Positions 25,167 to 37,564 of a stretch of 64,000 nucleotides of DNA are shown here, piece by piece. The stretch comes from Octopus sinensis (lineage: Eukaryota). Position numbers and translations under genes: made by a program. The notes beneath the pieces were generated by a model, which was given only the letters and a program-made list of their open reading frames with translations, was not told the origin of the DNA and searched no databases. Every line of letters begins with the position of its first letter. Position 1 is the first letter of the stretch. The DNA is taken from contig NC_043006.1 in the NCBI RefSeq assembly GCF_006345805.1, positions 23,002,001-23,066,000 on the forward strand, in the 5' to 3' direction.

Positions 25167-25208
25167 AACTGTCTGACAAATGAGAACATGAAACTCTGAG
25201 TAACAGTT
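25167..25208 (+). ncRNA. Degenerate minimal hammerhead motif (G8A)
   Basis: aactgt-CTGACAA-atg(agaa)cat-GAAA-ctctgag-TA-acagtt; perfect 6-bp stem I. Confidence 0.6.
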
Positions 25209-25252
25209 TTTTTTTGTGATGTTTTTGCAGCTTTAATAAAAAAGTTTATATA

Positions 25253-25657
25253 GGCGCAGGAGTGGCTGTGTGGTAAGTAGCTTGCTTACCAACCACATAG
25301 TTCCGGGTTCAGTCCCACTGCGTGGCATCTTGGGCAAGGGTCTTCTGCTATAGCCTTGGGCCGACCAATGCATTGTGAGCGGATTTGGTAGACAGAAACT
25401 GAAAGAAGCCTGTCGTATATATGTATATATATATATGTATGTATGTGTTTATATGTTTGTGTGTCTGTGTTTGTCCCCCCAACATCGCTTGACAACCGAT
25501 GCTGGTGTGTTTACGTCCCCATCACTTAGCAGTTTGGCAAAAGAGACTGATAGAATAAGTACTGGGCTTACAAAGAATAAGTCCCGGGGTCGATTTGCTC
25601 GACTAAAGGCGGTGCTCCAGCATGGCCGCAGTCAAATGACTGAAACAAGTAAAAAAA
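25253..25657 (+). mobile_element. tRNA-derived SINE family A, full length
   Basis: GGCGCAGGAGTGGCTGTGTGG head to TGACTGAAACAAGTAAAA tail. Confidence 0.88.
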
Positions 25658-25676
25658 AAATATATATATATATATA

Positions 25677-26224
25677 CTAGCACTATGACCTGGCGTTGCC
25701 GGGTCTTGTGCTAGTCAAGCATATTTGGTCTTTCATGAAAATCCCCTCTCTTGGTCTGACTCATTAATTATTCCCTGCATTTCTCAAATCCAAAAAGCGT
25801 GCATGTTTGAATGCCAAAACACATGATAACGTGTTTTCGCAAAACACAAATATGCACTGAGTCATACAGACTATCTGCAAACGTACACACACATTCAACT
25901 GTCATGAGTAAAACTATCTCCGTCCAATCAAAAAACAGCTGCCAGTCTATTGGCGTATCTAGATGTACGCATGCACCGCGTACAAATTTCTATGTTTTAA
26001 CGATTTTGAATGGATATGCCCATAACTTATGGGCATAAGGGGTCAGTTTATCAATTTTTCTAATGGCTTTCTGGGGTGACTGGGGAAATGAAAAGATCTT
26101 CACGACCACCCTCAGACAGTTTTGAAAGCCCATAGAAAATGTGAGCCCTTTACGTGAAAAACTGTGGATTTGTATAAAGGACACACAGATACACAGACAT
26201 TTTGCCGTTTATAGATATAAAGAT
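25677..26224 (+). mobile_element. Non-autonomous Helitron/Helentron-like (DINE-1/HINE-type) element
   Basis: Begins CTAGCACTATGACCTGGCGTTGCCGGGTC (short stem); ends GGATTTGTATAAAGGACACACAGATACACAGACATTTTGCCGTTTATAGATATAAAGAT, an architecture typical of such elements; inserted in a TA tract. Confidence 0.55.
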
Positions 26225-26497
26225 ATATATAAAATGTACTGATCTATGATACATTGAGAAAACTCAAACATATTCTTCAGGTGCAAACCACATATCATAA
26301 TGAAATAAAGAACTTGAATAATAGAAGAAACATGAAAGGCATCCACCTGTAGAAACTCTGCCAAATCAAGATTGGAGCCTGGTGCAGCCATCTGGTTCGC
26401 CAGCCCTCAGTCAAAATCGTCCAGCCCATGCTAGCATGGAGAGCGGACGTTAAACGATGATGATGATGAAAAAACTGAAAAGGCAGCACATAGAAAA

Positions 26498-26910
26498 TGC
26501 AGGAGTGGCTGTGTGGTAAGTAGCTTGCTAACCAACCACATGGTTCCGGGTTCAGTCCCACTGCGTGGCACCTTGGGCAAGTGTCTTCTACTATAGCCTT
26601 CGAGCCAACCAAAGCCTTGTGAGTGGATTTGGTAGACGGAAACTGAAAGAAGCCCGTCGTATATATGTATATATATATATATGCGTGTGTATATGTTTGT
26701 GTGTCTGTGTTTGTCCCCCTAGCATTGCTTGACAACCGATGCTGGTGTGTTTAAGTCCCCGTCACTTAGCGGTTCAGCAAAAAGAGACTGATAGAATAAG
26801 TACTGGGCTTACAAAGAATAAGTCCCGGGGTCGAGTTGCTCGATTAAAAGGCGGTGCTCCAGCATGGCCGTAGTCAAATGAATGAAACAAGTAAAAGAGT
26901 AAAAGAGTAA
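26498..26910 (+). mobile_element. tRNA-derived SINE family A, full length
   Basis: Same head, body and (GTAAAAGA)n tail as the other copies. Confidence 0.88.
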
Positions 26911-27261
26911 ATGACTGTTTTCTATATGCTGCTTTCTGAGTTTTTTCACGTTTCTTCTATTATTCAATTTCTTTAATTCCTTATGATGTGTGGTTTTCAC
27001 CTGAAGAATATGTCTGAGTTTTCTCAACATATGAAATTATTAGTAGTGCTTTAATGTTTTGTAGTGTCCACTCTATGTTATGCCTTTATGGCAAAATATT
27101 GAAATAAAGAAGCTTGCTTTCCAACTACGTAGCTTAGGTTCAGTCCCACCTCATGGCACCTTGTGAGTGGATTTGGTACACGGAAACTGAAAGAAGCCCA
27201 TGCATAGAGCTGGTCCCATCATGCTTTTTACCACACAGCTATGCCTGTGCCTAAAAGTGAG

Positions 27262-27377
27262 ATGCTTACAACACCTAGGTTTCCCAAGTATTTACCAATC
27301 TAAGTACTAACTAGGCTCAACGTTGCTTAACTTTGGTGATCAAACGAGACCCAGTGCATTCAGCATGATATGGTAAC
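27262..27377 (-). pseudogene. 5S rRNA-derived pseudogene
   Basis: Minus strand ACCATATCATGCTGAATGCACTGGGTCTCGTTTGATCACCAAAGTTAAGCAACGTTGAGCCTAGTTAGTACTTAGATTGG...GGTGTTGTAAGCAT follows the metazoan 5S sequence with many substitutions and a clipped 5' end. Confidence 0.8.
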
Positions 27378-27994
27378 ATTCCTGGCAATAGCAGCCATGA
27401 CATAATTGAGAGAGAGAGAGAGAGAGAGATAGTTAATTTAACGGGACAGCAAATGTTGATAACAGTAAATAGAATTTAAGAATCTGAGAGCCAGTCTAAG
27501 CCAAAATTGGAGACGAAATGTCTGTGTGATGGACTTTCATGAGTGAGGGAATATGTTGCAGATTTAGGGGAAATGCATAAGAGTCCCTAATTGTTTTTGC
27601 CTGCTCTTCTTTACAACGTTAGGGTTGTAAAGCAAAAAAAATGGAGTGAAAAGGAAAGAGGAAAAAGGGGTTAAGTGATTGGCATAAGGAAGAACATCCA
27701 GCTGTAGAAACCATGCTAAAGAAAACACAAGGGCATGATGCACTGTCTTGGACATATCAAATCCTGTCAGGCAGCAGTCTAATGACTGAAACAGATAAAA
27801 GATCTTTTAAAAAGTAGATAAAAAGTGAATCCAATGACCCTGTATTCAATGAGGTGATGGTACTAATAACTGTTTCTAACATAGGCACAAGACCAGAAAT
27901 TTTGGGGGAGGTTTCAATTCATTACATCGACCCCCAGTACTGGGTTGGTACTTTATTTTATTAACCCTTGGAAGGATGAAAGGATGTTAAATGG

Positions 27995-28025
<31 letters not shown>

Positions 28026-28094
28026 GAAACATGTCAACAAAAACAAGCAGAAAAAAATGGAAACAAACACAACTGGTTCTACTGTTAGACTCAC

Positions 28095-28167
28095 ATTTTG
28101 CTGGTGAAAACTGGTTTGCTCTGTGAACTTCTCAGATCCCAACCTTTAAATCGACAATCATCCCCAC
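28095..28167 (-). CDS. DPH7: DPH7 coding exon 4 (missed by ORF track)
   Basis: Acceptor ttttatcttcag|GT; GGDDCRFKGWDLRSSQSKPVFTSK; donor AT|GTGAGT; 73 nt, phase 1->2, completes the YTGGDD motif. Confidence 0.92.
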
Positions 28168-28826
28168 CTGAAGATAAAAACAATTAAAACAAATTCCTTC
28201 ATTTCTTATATAGAAACTACTGAACACCTCAAATCAAGAAACAAAAGAAAATATAAAGAAATAATAATTGTCATACATTTGTGTATATCATTAAATTAAA
28301 CTATTATTCGCCCTTTTCGAAATACAATATTTTTGTCTCATTTAATTTTGAAAATAACGACTGATTTATTAAAATAGTTTTGTTATTAAGTTGATTTTTG
28401 AAACATAAATTAACATGAAATTTTCATATAGAGTTTTAATTTAGACCACTTTAAAATGAGAAGCTTGCACCATAGAACCAGGGGTAGTCCAAGCAAATTA
28501 ATTAATGGTAATAATTAATAACTTTAAAGCGGTAAGCTGGCAGAATTGTTGGCACACTGAGCAAAATACTTGACAACATTTCATCCATCTTTTATGCTCT
28601 GAGTTCAAATTCTGCCATGATCGACTTTACCTTTCATCCTTTCAGGGTCAATAAAAGCAGTACCAGTCAAAGGCTGGGGTCTTGCTAGCCTTACTAGCTG
28701 AACTTGCTAGCCTTGTGCTACAATTTGAAACTAATAATTAATAAATTTAATTTTATAAATAGCTTACAAAATCCTACAACTTCATCATCTTTTTAAAAGC
28801 TAATTAAAATTATGGTTAAATTATAA

Positions 28827-29475
28827 CCCGTTAGCACCCATGATCCTTTTTTAGGACCAGAAGGATAATCCATCATATTTCTGCAACACCAGTATTTTTC
28901 TGAGTGAAAATCAAAATCGTATTCAATCAACATCAATGGAATTTGTAGCTGTGATACCAGTGCCAGTGGCACGTAAGAGAACCATCTGAACATGGCCGTA
29001 GCCAGCACCGCCCTGACTGGCCTCCGTGCCGGTGGCATGTAAAAAGCACCATCCGATTCGTGGTCGTTGCCAGCTTCATCTGGTCTCCGTCCCGGTGGCA
29101 CGTAAAAAACAGCATTCGATCGTGGCCATTTGCCAGCCTCGTCTGGCACCTGTGCCGGTGGCACGTAAAAAGTACCCACTACACTCACCGAGTGGTTGGC
29201 GTTAGGAAGGGCATCCAGCTGTAGAAACATTGCCAGATGAGACTGGGCCTGGTGCAGCCTTCTGGCTTCCCAGATCCCAGTTGAACCGTCCAATCCATGC
29301 TAGCATGGAAAGCAGATGTTAAACGATGATGATGATGATCTTTAGTTAGTCATCAAGACTGGAGTGTCTTTCAAATATTGTAATAAAATTGTTTTTATAT
29401 ATTTAGAATCAGATAAAGTTGTATAAAAAATATTTTTCGTAATAAATTAAATTTAAAAAATTGGGCACTAATGGG
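28827..29475. mobile_element. piggyBac-like MITE carrying a SINE C insertion
   Basis: TIR CCCGTTAGCACCCA / TGGGCACTAATGGG; right flank TTAA, left flank ATAA. Confidence 0.55.
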
Positions 29476-29949
29476 TTAATGATACTAAATGTAATGGTGG
29501 GGAAGAACTTTGGTTAAATTAGTCTTAGCATGGCTGCAGTGAAATGACTGAAATAAGTAAAAGTATAAAAGAATGGAACACTTATTTCAGTCTTAACTGT
29601 ACTTGCTGGAACAGTGATGTTGTAATCACTTGTGTCGACAACTATGGCTGTATGTCATAGAAAGTGAAGGCACCCCATCTACTAGGTGAGGTAAATCTAC
29701 ATGGCCTAGGAGTTAAAGTGTTCAGCTCACAATTATAAGACCATGGGTTCGATTCCTTGACTGAGATGTGCATTGTGACCTTGAGGAAGGCATTTCTTTT
29801 CATATTGCTCCAGCCTACACACCAGCAATGAACGCTAAGTGCTAGTGCAGCCTTCTGTCCCCTTCATTTGTCATGTCCTTGGTGGAATGTTCTGCAGGAT
29901 CAAAGACAAGAGGGTAGCCATGTCAATTTGCAACTATATCACATGATCA

Positions 29950-30243
29950 TGTGACTGACCAGTCCATCAGATGTAGTTACACATCGCTGGTCACAATGCG
30001 TTCGCATTGTTTTAGCCTTCGTATGACGCCACCCTGCTGGCTAAGCGAGCAGGCCAACAGAAGAAAGAGAGGGAGAAAGAGTGGTGAAAGAGTACAGCAG
30101 GGATCACCACCCCCTGCCGGAGCCTCGTGGAGCTTTTAGGTGTTTTCGCTCAATAAACACTCACAACGCCTGGTCTGGGAATCGAAACCGCGATCCTACA
30201 ACTGCAAGTCCGCTGCCCTAACCACTGGGCCATTGTGCCTCCA
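29950..30243 (-). mobile_element. tRNA-derived SINE family D
   Basis: Minus-strand head GGAGGCACAATGGCCCAGTGGTTAGGG...GGTTTCGATTCCCAG; the same head occurs at ~31960-32130 with a different, longer body. Confidence 0.8.
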
Positions 30244-32137
30244 CATTTGCAACTATATAGCGACCTAAAACAATTAGAGAAAGCGTGGTACATATTGGAT
30301 TCAAATTTTGGTACAAGACCTGCAATTTTGGGGAGGGGCTAAGTTGATTACATTGACCCAGTGTTTGACTGGTACTTATTTTATTGACCCCGAGAGGGAT
30401 GAAAGGCAAAGTCGACTTTGGCAGAATTTGATCTTAGAATTTAAAGACAGATGAAATGCCAGTAAGCCTTCTGCTAACGATTCTGCCACCTCTCTACATT
30501 AAGTGTGGAACATAATGATTTCAAATTTTAGCACAAGGACAGCAATTTTGGGGGACAGGTAAAGACAAATACATCGACCCCCCACCCCACCCCCAACATT
30601 CAACTGGTATTTATTTTATCAACCCAGAAAGGATGAATGGTAAAGTTCACCTCATCGGAATTGAAACTCAGAAATTGATGACAGACGAAATACTGCGAAG
30701 CATTTTGTCAGCTTACCGCCTTCCATGACAACATATTAGCAAGCCTTGTTCACTTGCAAGTAGCAGTTGGCTGTACCGTCATATAAAGTAATACAAGGGA
30801 CATAACTGGTTTGGTCTGAGAACTTACAAGTCCATTTTTCCACACAATTTATATATGAGAGAAAATTTACAATGCATTTAATATTAAACAGAGCGTTCTC
30901 AAAGTGAAAAATACCACTCCACTTCTATCCCCTCCAAAAAATTGAAGGAAGTGGGTATTTGAAATTATTTATGCTTCCTGTTTTATTTATGAGAAGACAA
31001 AATATAACTCCCATGACATCTGTCCTGTTTGAGTAGGAGAGCTCGATATTTTTAGCGCAGGGGTTCGGTAAAAAAGACCAATAGAATAAGTACCGATTTC
31101 TTTATTACCCACAAGGGGCTAAACACAGAGGGGACAAACAAGGACAGACATAGGTATTAAGTCGATTACATCGACTCCAGTGCGTAACTGGTACTTAATT
31201 TATCGACCCCGAAAGGATGAAAGGCAAAGTCCACCTCGGCGGAATTTTAACTCACAACGTAACGACAAACGAACTACGGCTACGCATTTCGCCCGGCGTG
31301 CTAACGTTTCTGCCAGCTCGCCGCCTAGAATAAGTACCACAAAGTTAATAAATAAGTACTGAGGTCAATATGTTCGACTAACCCCTACAAAGCAGTGCTC
31401 CAGCATAGCCGCAGTCCAACGGCTGAAACAAGTAAAAAGAAATGAAAACTGTATGGTTTTCCAAGATAATTTTTTGGCAAACCAACGGAGAATAAAGAGG
31501 TGATAATATGGGGACTAAACAACAAAAACAATAATTATTATCTTCTAGCCAGCGAGGAAGTCTTACATCAACCATGGACAATTTGCGGCCCGTAGGACTT
31601 TCTGAATGGCACGCCATAAGAAACATTACCATGACCTTTTTTAAGTAGTACGGCCAGCCTGGTGAGGAGCAAACCATGTCTCATGCGGCCTGTGTCACGT
31701 ACAAAGTTACCTCTGCCTGCATACAAAAAAATATATTTCTTTACTGGGATGGAAGCACTCCGTCGGTTACGACGATGAGGGTTCCTGTTGATCCGAATCA
31801 ACGGAACAGCCTGCTCGTGAAATTAACGTGTAAGTGGCTGAGCACTCCACGGACACGTGTACCCTTAACGTAGTTCTCGGGGATATTCAGCGTGACACAG
31901 AGAGTGACAAGACCGGCCCTTTGAAATACAGGTACAATAGAAACAGGAAGTAAGAGTGAGAGAAAGTTGTGGTGAAAGAGTACAGCAGGGATCACCACCA
32001 TCCCCTGCCTGAGCCTCGTGGAGCTTTAGGTGTTTTCGCTCTAAACACTCACAACGCCCGGTCTGGGAATCGAAACCGCAATCCTATGACCGCGAGTCCG
32101 CTGCCCTAACCACTGGGCCATTGCGCCTCCACTAGTA

Positions 32138-32565
32138 ATTTCTTTACTACCCACAAGGGGCTACACATAGAGGGGACAAACAAGGACAGACAAACGGATT
32201 AAGCGGATTACATCGACCCCAGTGTGTAACTGGCACTTAATTTATCGACCCCGAAAGGATGAAAGGCAAAGTCGACCTCGGCGGAATTCGAACTCAGAAC
32301 GTAGCGGCAGACGAAATACCTATTTCTTTACTACCCACAAGGGGTTAAACATAGAGGGGACAAACAAGGACAGACAAACGGATTACATCGACCCCAGTGC
32401 GTAACTGGCACTTAATTTATCGACCCCGAAAGGATGAAAGGCAAAGTCGACCTCAGCATAATTTGAGTCCACCTCGGCGGAATTTGAACCTAGAACGTAA
32501 CGGCAGACGAAATACGGCTACGCATTTCGCCCAGCGTGCTAACGTTTCTGCCAGCTCACTGCCTT
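32138..32565 (-). mobile_element. SINE family B concatemer
   Basis: One head (GGCAGTGAGCTGGCAGAAACG) plus two bodies. Confidence 0.85.
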
Positions 32566-32767
32566 ATAGCAAGCAAACCGCCTCCCCAGCAATTTTAATA
32601 AAGGACGTACACATTAAATACGATACAGCAGGTGGAGACGGGATGGTTACCACTATGTTTACTCAATAATGGCTAACACAGAAATTGAGAGAAACGATGT
32701 TTCGATAGCTTTTTTTTTTTTCAATTAATACTGTAGCTGTTCTTAAGGCGGCGAGCTAGCAGAATCG

Positions 32768-33147
32768 AGCAATCTTTCGTCTCTAGTAGACCTTTCCGTC
32801 GATTTCCGTAAAAAAATTTTTTTTTTTACATATGGGCTTGCGGGAACTTTTGAAGTAATGAGAGCGAAAGAGACTAAGAGAAAGCGATTGTATGACGAGG
32901 GAAGTTCTTTTGAAGTTACCGTGCATGGGAGCATTGATGTACATGTGTGTGTGTGTTTGATGGTGTGTGGGAGACAGACAGTATGTTGTGTAAGTGAAGT
33001 GCTTCTGTCAGTGTGTGTGAAGAGACAGAGAGAGTAATGTGTCTCTTTCGCTCTCATTACTTCAAAAGTTCCCGCAAGCCCATATGTAAAAAAAAAAATT
33101 TTTTTACGGATATCGACGGAAAGGTCTACTAGAGACGAAAGATCGCC
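32768..33147. mobile_element. MITE with 107-bp TIRs and 8-bp TSD (Merlin-like), inserted in a SINE B head
   Basis: TIRs 32768-32874 / 33041-33147; TSD CAGAATCG at 32760-32767 and 33148-33155; right end CGAAAGATCGCC. Confidence 0.85.
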
Positions 33148-33531
33148 CAGAATCGTTGGTACGCCGAGTAAAATTCCTAGCAGCATTTCGTCCGTCTTTA
33201 CGTTTTGATCGTCAAGGTCTACGTTGTCTTTCATCTTTTCGGGGAAAGGGTCGATCAAAAAAGTACCAGTTAAGCACTGACGTTGCTGTAATCTACTATC
33301 CCCTCCCCTGAAATTCCTGACCTCGAGCCAAAATTTGAAACCATTTTTAATAACTGCTTTCTGTGGCCCATCGGGAAAGTTTATTTTCCCCAGACATAAA
33401 AGAAGGGAAATAACTCTCTAGTTCATTCAAATTCAAGAACACATATATACGGTGGCAGGGCTGCACACACACACACACACCTGTGACCAGGTTTCGAACG
33501 ACGTAAATTTTGTCAGCATGTTACAAACAAG

Positions 33532-33933
33532 GGCTCTTTTCGGTTTGACCGGCAGTTTTTTCTAGCGGTGTCATATGAAATTGTCACCCATAATTATGAC
33601 CCTAGTATCGATCTATTGCATTTCAATCTGTTTTAGGGTTAGGGGTTAGGGGTGGGGGGAAGGGTATCTTTTTTTCTTCACAATCTGTTTCTTAAACGAG
33701 GGACATATTCATACGGCACAGAATGTTTTCGCCTCAATAAACGTCATTGATTGGTTGAAATTGCAGAAATTGAAGAAAAACAACAACAGATATCTTACAA
33801 ACTATAGAATTTTCTCAATAAAGCCAAGAGAAAAATATGTTTTATAAACACATTCTACCAGTATACGAAGTTTAAAAGTGTTTAGTTACGTGGAAATTAT
33901 TTTTAAAAACTGCCGGTCAAACCGAAAAGATCC
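33532..33933. mobile_element. MITE with GG...CC ends and 8-bp TSD (Merlin-like)
   Basis: TIR GG(C/A)TCTTTTCGGTTTGACCGGCAGTTTTT; TSD CAAACAAG at 33524-33531 and 33934-33941. Confidence 0.88.
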
Positions 33934-34050
33934 CAAACAAGGATTTTTTGAAATGGAGTTAATGGTCTTTGTGTGTTTCAGAATGTTTAAATTGCGTCTT
34001 CTACGCTACAGTTGTTTACATAGATATGTAAAGCTAAAAATTAAAAAGAC

Positions 34051-34205
34051 CTGTGTATGCCAGATTTTCGTCCCAATAATCAAAAGCTGAAATCCATGCT
34101 TCGAAATCATGTGCCTTCCATCTAATAATGTTCTTCAATCCAGTATTTGTCACCTGCCATAGTGAGATCTTACCATCAGAACTGGAAGCTATGATAGAAG
34201 GGTCC
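34051..34205 (-). CDS. DPH7: DPH7 coding exon 3
   Basis: Acceptor tttttcgcag|G; DPSIIASSSDGKISLW...WKAHDFEAWISAFDYWDENLAYT(G); donor CAG|GTCTTT (weak); 155 nt, phase 2->1. Confidence 0.92.
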
Positions 34206-34375
34206 CTGCGAAAAAAAATATATATGTGTATTAACACTTCGGTGTAGCTATGTGAACCCCTGTATGTAAATGTATACACATAAACATTGTTAGATAGGGG
34301 TGGCTTTAAAAAGTTTGTGCGTGTGTGTACCTAACCTATGCCTGCACAGGAAAATAGAAATGCACCCAAATTGTA

Positions 34376-35847
34376 GAAGGTGGTATCAAAAAGTTCCCGG
34401 AGTAGTTCTGTAGCACGCAAACAGATGGCACAGCACGATTATGTGCATAGTGAGAGATAGCAGTGACCTTGGTGAGGCAGTGTGCCGAGTGACATACTTG
34501 TGTATACTTCGCAAGTCGTGCTTTTGTGATCACGTGCATGCTGTAGTCTGCGATTTTTGTCACGGAGAGGAAGTTCGAACAAAGAGCCGACGTGAAACTT
34601 TGTATTAAACTTGGGAAGTTTGCCATAGAAATATTGAGCATGAAGGCGGCGTGCTGGCAGAAACGTTAGCACGCCGGCGAAATTTCAGCTTAGCGGTATT
34701 TCGTCTGCCGCTGCGTTCTGAGTTCAAATTCCGCCGAGGTCGACTTTGCCTTTCATCCTTTCGGGGTCGATAAATTAAGTGCCAGTTACGCACTGGGGTC
34801 GATGTAATCCGTTTGTCTGTCCTTGTTTGTCCCTTCTGTGTTTAGCCCCTTGTGGGTAGTAAAGAAATAGGTATTTCGTCTGCCGTTACGTTCTGAGTTC
34901 AATTCCGCCGAGGTCGACTTTGCCTTTCATCCTTTCGGGGTCAATAAATTAAGTACCAGTTACGCACTGGGGTCGATATAATCGACTTAATCCGTTTGTT
35001 GTTGTTCGTCCCCTCTGTGTTTAGCCCCTTGGTATTTCGTCTGCCGCTACGTTCTGAGTTCAAATTCCGCCGAGGTCGACTTTGCCTTTCATCCTTTCGG
35101 GGTCGATAAATTAAGTACCAGTTACGCATTAGGGCCGATGTAATCGATTTTATCCCTTTGTCTGTCCTTGTTTGTCCCTTCTATGTTTAGCCCATTGTGG
35201 GTAATAAAGAAATAAGAAATATTGATCATGCTTCGGTAAGTTTACGGCAACGAGGCAATGGGTTGTAGACAATGTTTCGAGTGGCACGGCGCTTCAAAAG
35301 CGGAAGAATGCCCCTCGAAGACGATGACTGATGTGGAAGACCTTCCACGAGCGTCACCCCCAGAAATATGGCATTGTCCATCAAGAATTCGTCCCCCACG
35401 GCCAAACCATCAATTTAAAGTTCTACTGCGATGTGTCGAAGCGTATGAGGGAGGACATTTGGCGAAGGCGACCGGATCTGTGGAACGCGAATTGGATTCT
35501 TCACCGAGCTCGCCTCACTCGTGAGTTTCTCACCAAAAACAACATGATATCGCTTCAGCATCTGCCCTATTCGCCAGATTTAGTACCTGCAGACTTCCAT
35601 CTCTTCCCCAAGATGAAAATGCAGCTCAAAAGTCGCCGTTTTAACAACCGTGGTCGAGATCCAGAACGAATCGCAGCAGGTCCTCAACTCGCTTATGGAA
35701 AACAACTTCCAGCCCAAAAGCGGCAGGAACCCCAAGACCGGTGTATTGCTGCGCAAGGTGACTATTTCGGACAGGATGTTAAACTTGGGTAATTAATTTA
35801 GTTTTCATTAAACATAACTAGTCCGGGAAGTTTGTGATGCAACCTCG
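34376..35847 (+). mobile_element. mariner relic, internally deleted, interrupted by SINE B trimer
   Basis: TA-flanked TIRs; remnants VKLCIKLGK and LQHLPYSPDLVPADFHLFPKMK. Confidence 0.85.
34643..35215 (+). mobile_element. SINE family B trimer (one head, three bodies) with 15-bp TSD
   Basis: TSD GAAATATTGA(G/T)CATG at 34628-34642 and 35216-35230. Confidence 0.9.
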
Positions 35848-36244
35848 TAAATGTAAAAAAGCAGTAATAAGCAGAATCGGTTGAGTTATGTCCCTTTATG
35901 TTGACGTTGAATGAGAGTGTCACTGGAAATTCTTCGCAATATTCCTCATTGAAATTGAAAAGTTCTATGAATTTAAGCTCTTCTAAGAACGCTTTTAATT
36001 TTGTTATAGAACATTCTATAATGATGTTGGGGATCATTCCTGGATCCCTTAATTTTGATTACTGCATCGATTCCATATTTTCCATCTAACATATAAAATA
36101 TTGAAAAAAACCATCGAGTTTATTTTCGAGCACAGTGCTAGTGTTATTCATTTCCTCTTTACAATATATTATGTCATGTCTTTTAGTTTGAAGGATGTTA
36201 AATAAGACATCAACGAAAGAAAAAAATTTCATATTTACAAAGTC

Positions 36245-36510
36245 CTTTGATGCCGGCAGTTTGTTCCATGCTTCAGCAACTCTCAGTGTGAAAAAATGCT
36301 TCCTAAAGTCATGGGAGCTGTGCTGTTTTCTGACTTTGTAAATATGTCCACGGGTGTTAGACGGGTGGAGTTTGAAAAGGTGCTCAGAGTTATTGTTTGT
36401 AAGATGGTTAATAATTTTATGGGTGTCTGCCAAGTCAGCTGCCAGACGTCGGAGTTTCAATGTGTCCATGCCCAGGGAAGTAAGGCGTTCAGAATATGGC
36501 AAATGCTCTT
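36245..36510 (-). mobile_element. CR1-clade LINE C-terminal fragment
   Basis: PYSERLTSLGMDTLKLRRLAADL...TRGH.YK...RKHFFTLRVAEAWNKLP, the typical CR1 ORF2 end. Confidence 0.88.
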
Positions 36511-36811
36511 CTTATTAATAACTGTATTAATAATTGTATTGTTTCTTTCCAGGTAAACTGATATCTGACTGTTCAAAGAAGACTTCAAAACTAGCTAATC
36601 CACACATCACAAACACAGCTACTTTATGTTATACAGAAGACAAACACATATATAAAACTATAAGAAAAAACGTTAGCATTAAAAAGACTACATTGCATCT
36701 AACAAATTCTTGAGCAAATATCTAAATTTATAAAACAATCCAACCCATGGAAATATATGCAGACAAAGGCGGTAAATATAATAATGGCTAAAAAGTTTTT
36801 CTTGTTGTTAC

Positions 36812-37119
36812 CTTGTTTGTTGAGGAATTGACCAGTCCAAGGATAAACCAATAACATTAGAATCTAATTCTTCAGAACTGGTCAAAGATACATGCTTCTG
36901 GTCTTCACCTTCAAGACGATAAAGACATAGTTGACCTTCAGCATCGACCAAGGCGAATGACGAGTGACCGTTAAGATCTGAATGAAACCATTTAATGTCC
37001 AATATTCCGGAATGATTCAACTCTTCATCAATGGAGAGCAGTTCCTGGGAGTCTTTTGATTTTAGTTGATATACATACAGTCTACCAACTCGACAGTTCA
37101 CATTTGAGTTCTCTTCATC
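36812..37119 (-). CDS. DPH7: DPH7 coding exon 2
   Basis: Acceptor ttctag|GATGAA; DEENSNVNCRVGRLYVY...GILDIKW...GLSLDW; donor AG|GTAACA; 308 nt, phase 0->2; overlaps ORF 36808..37101. Confidence 0.93.
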
Positions 37120-37529
37120 CTAGAATAGTGATAATAATAATAATAATAATGATAATAACAACAACGGTTTCAAATTTTGGCACAAGGCCAGCAAGTTTGG
37201 GAGATGGGGATAGGAGATTACACTGAGCCCAGTACTCGACTGGTACTTATATTTTATTGATCCTGAAAGGCAAAATTGACCCTGGTGAAATTTGAACTCA
37301 GAACAAAGACTGATGAAATGCTACTAAACATTGCAGCTGGCATGCTAATGATCCTGCCAGCTCTTCATCTTAATAATAATAAGAAGAAGAAGATGAAGAA
37401 GAAGAATTCTTTCTAATATAGGCACACAATTTGAAATTTTGACGGGAGGAGTTAGTCAATTTCATTGACTCAACTGCTCAACTGGTATTTTATCAAACCC
37501 AAAAGCTGTAGACAAAGTTGACCTCAGCA

Positions 37530-37564
<35 letters not shown>

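Noticed and set aside
31960-32130. tRNA gene
   Set aside because: A/B boxes continue into a SINE body without an acceptor-stem closure or terminator; a SINE head.
33635-33655. TTAGGG telomere-like repeats (also ~39675-39700)
   Set aside because: Only 2-4 imperfect units, internal to the same MITE family in both places.
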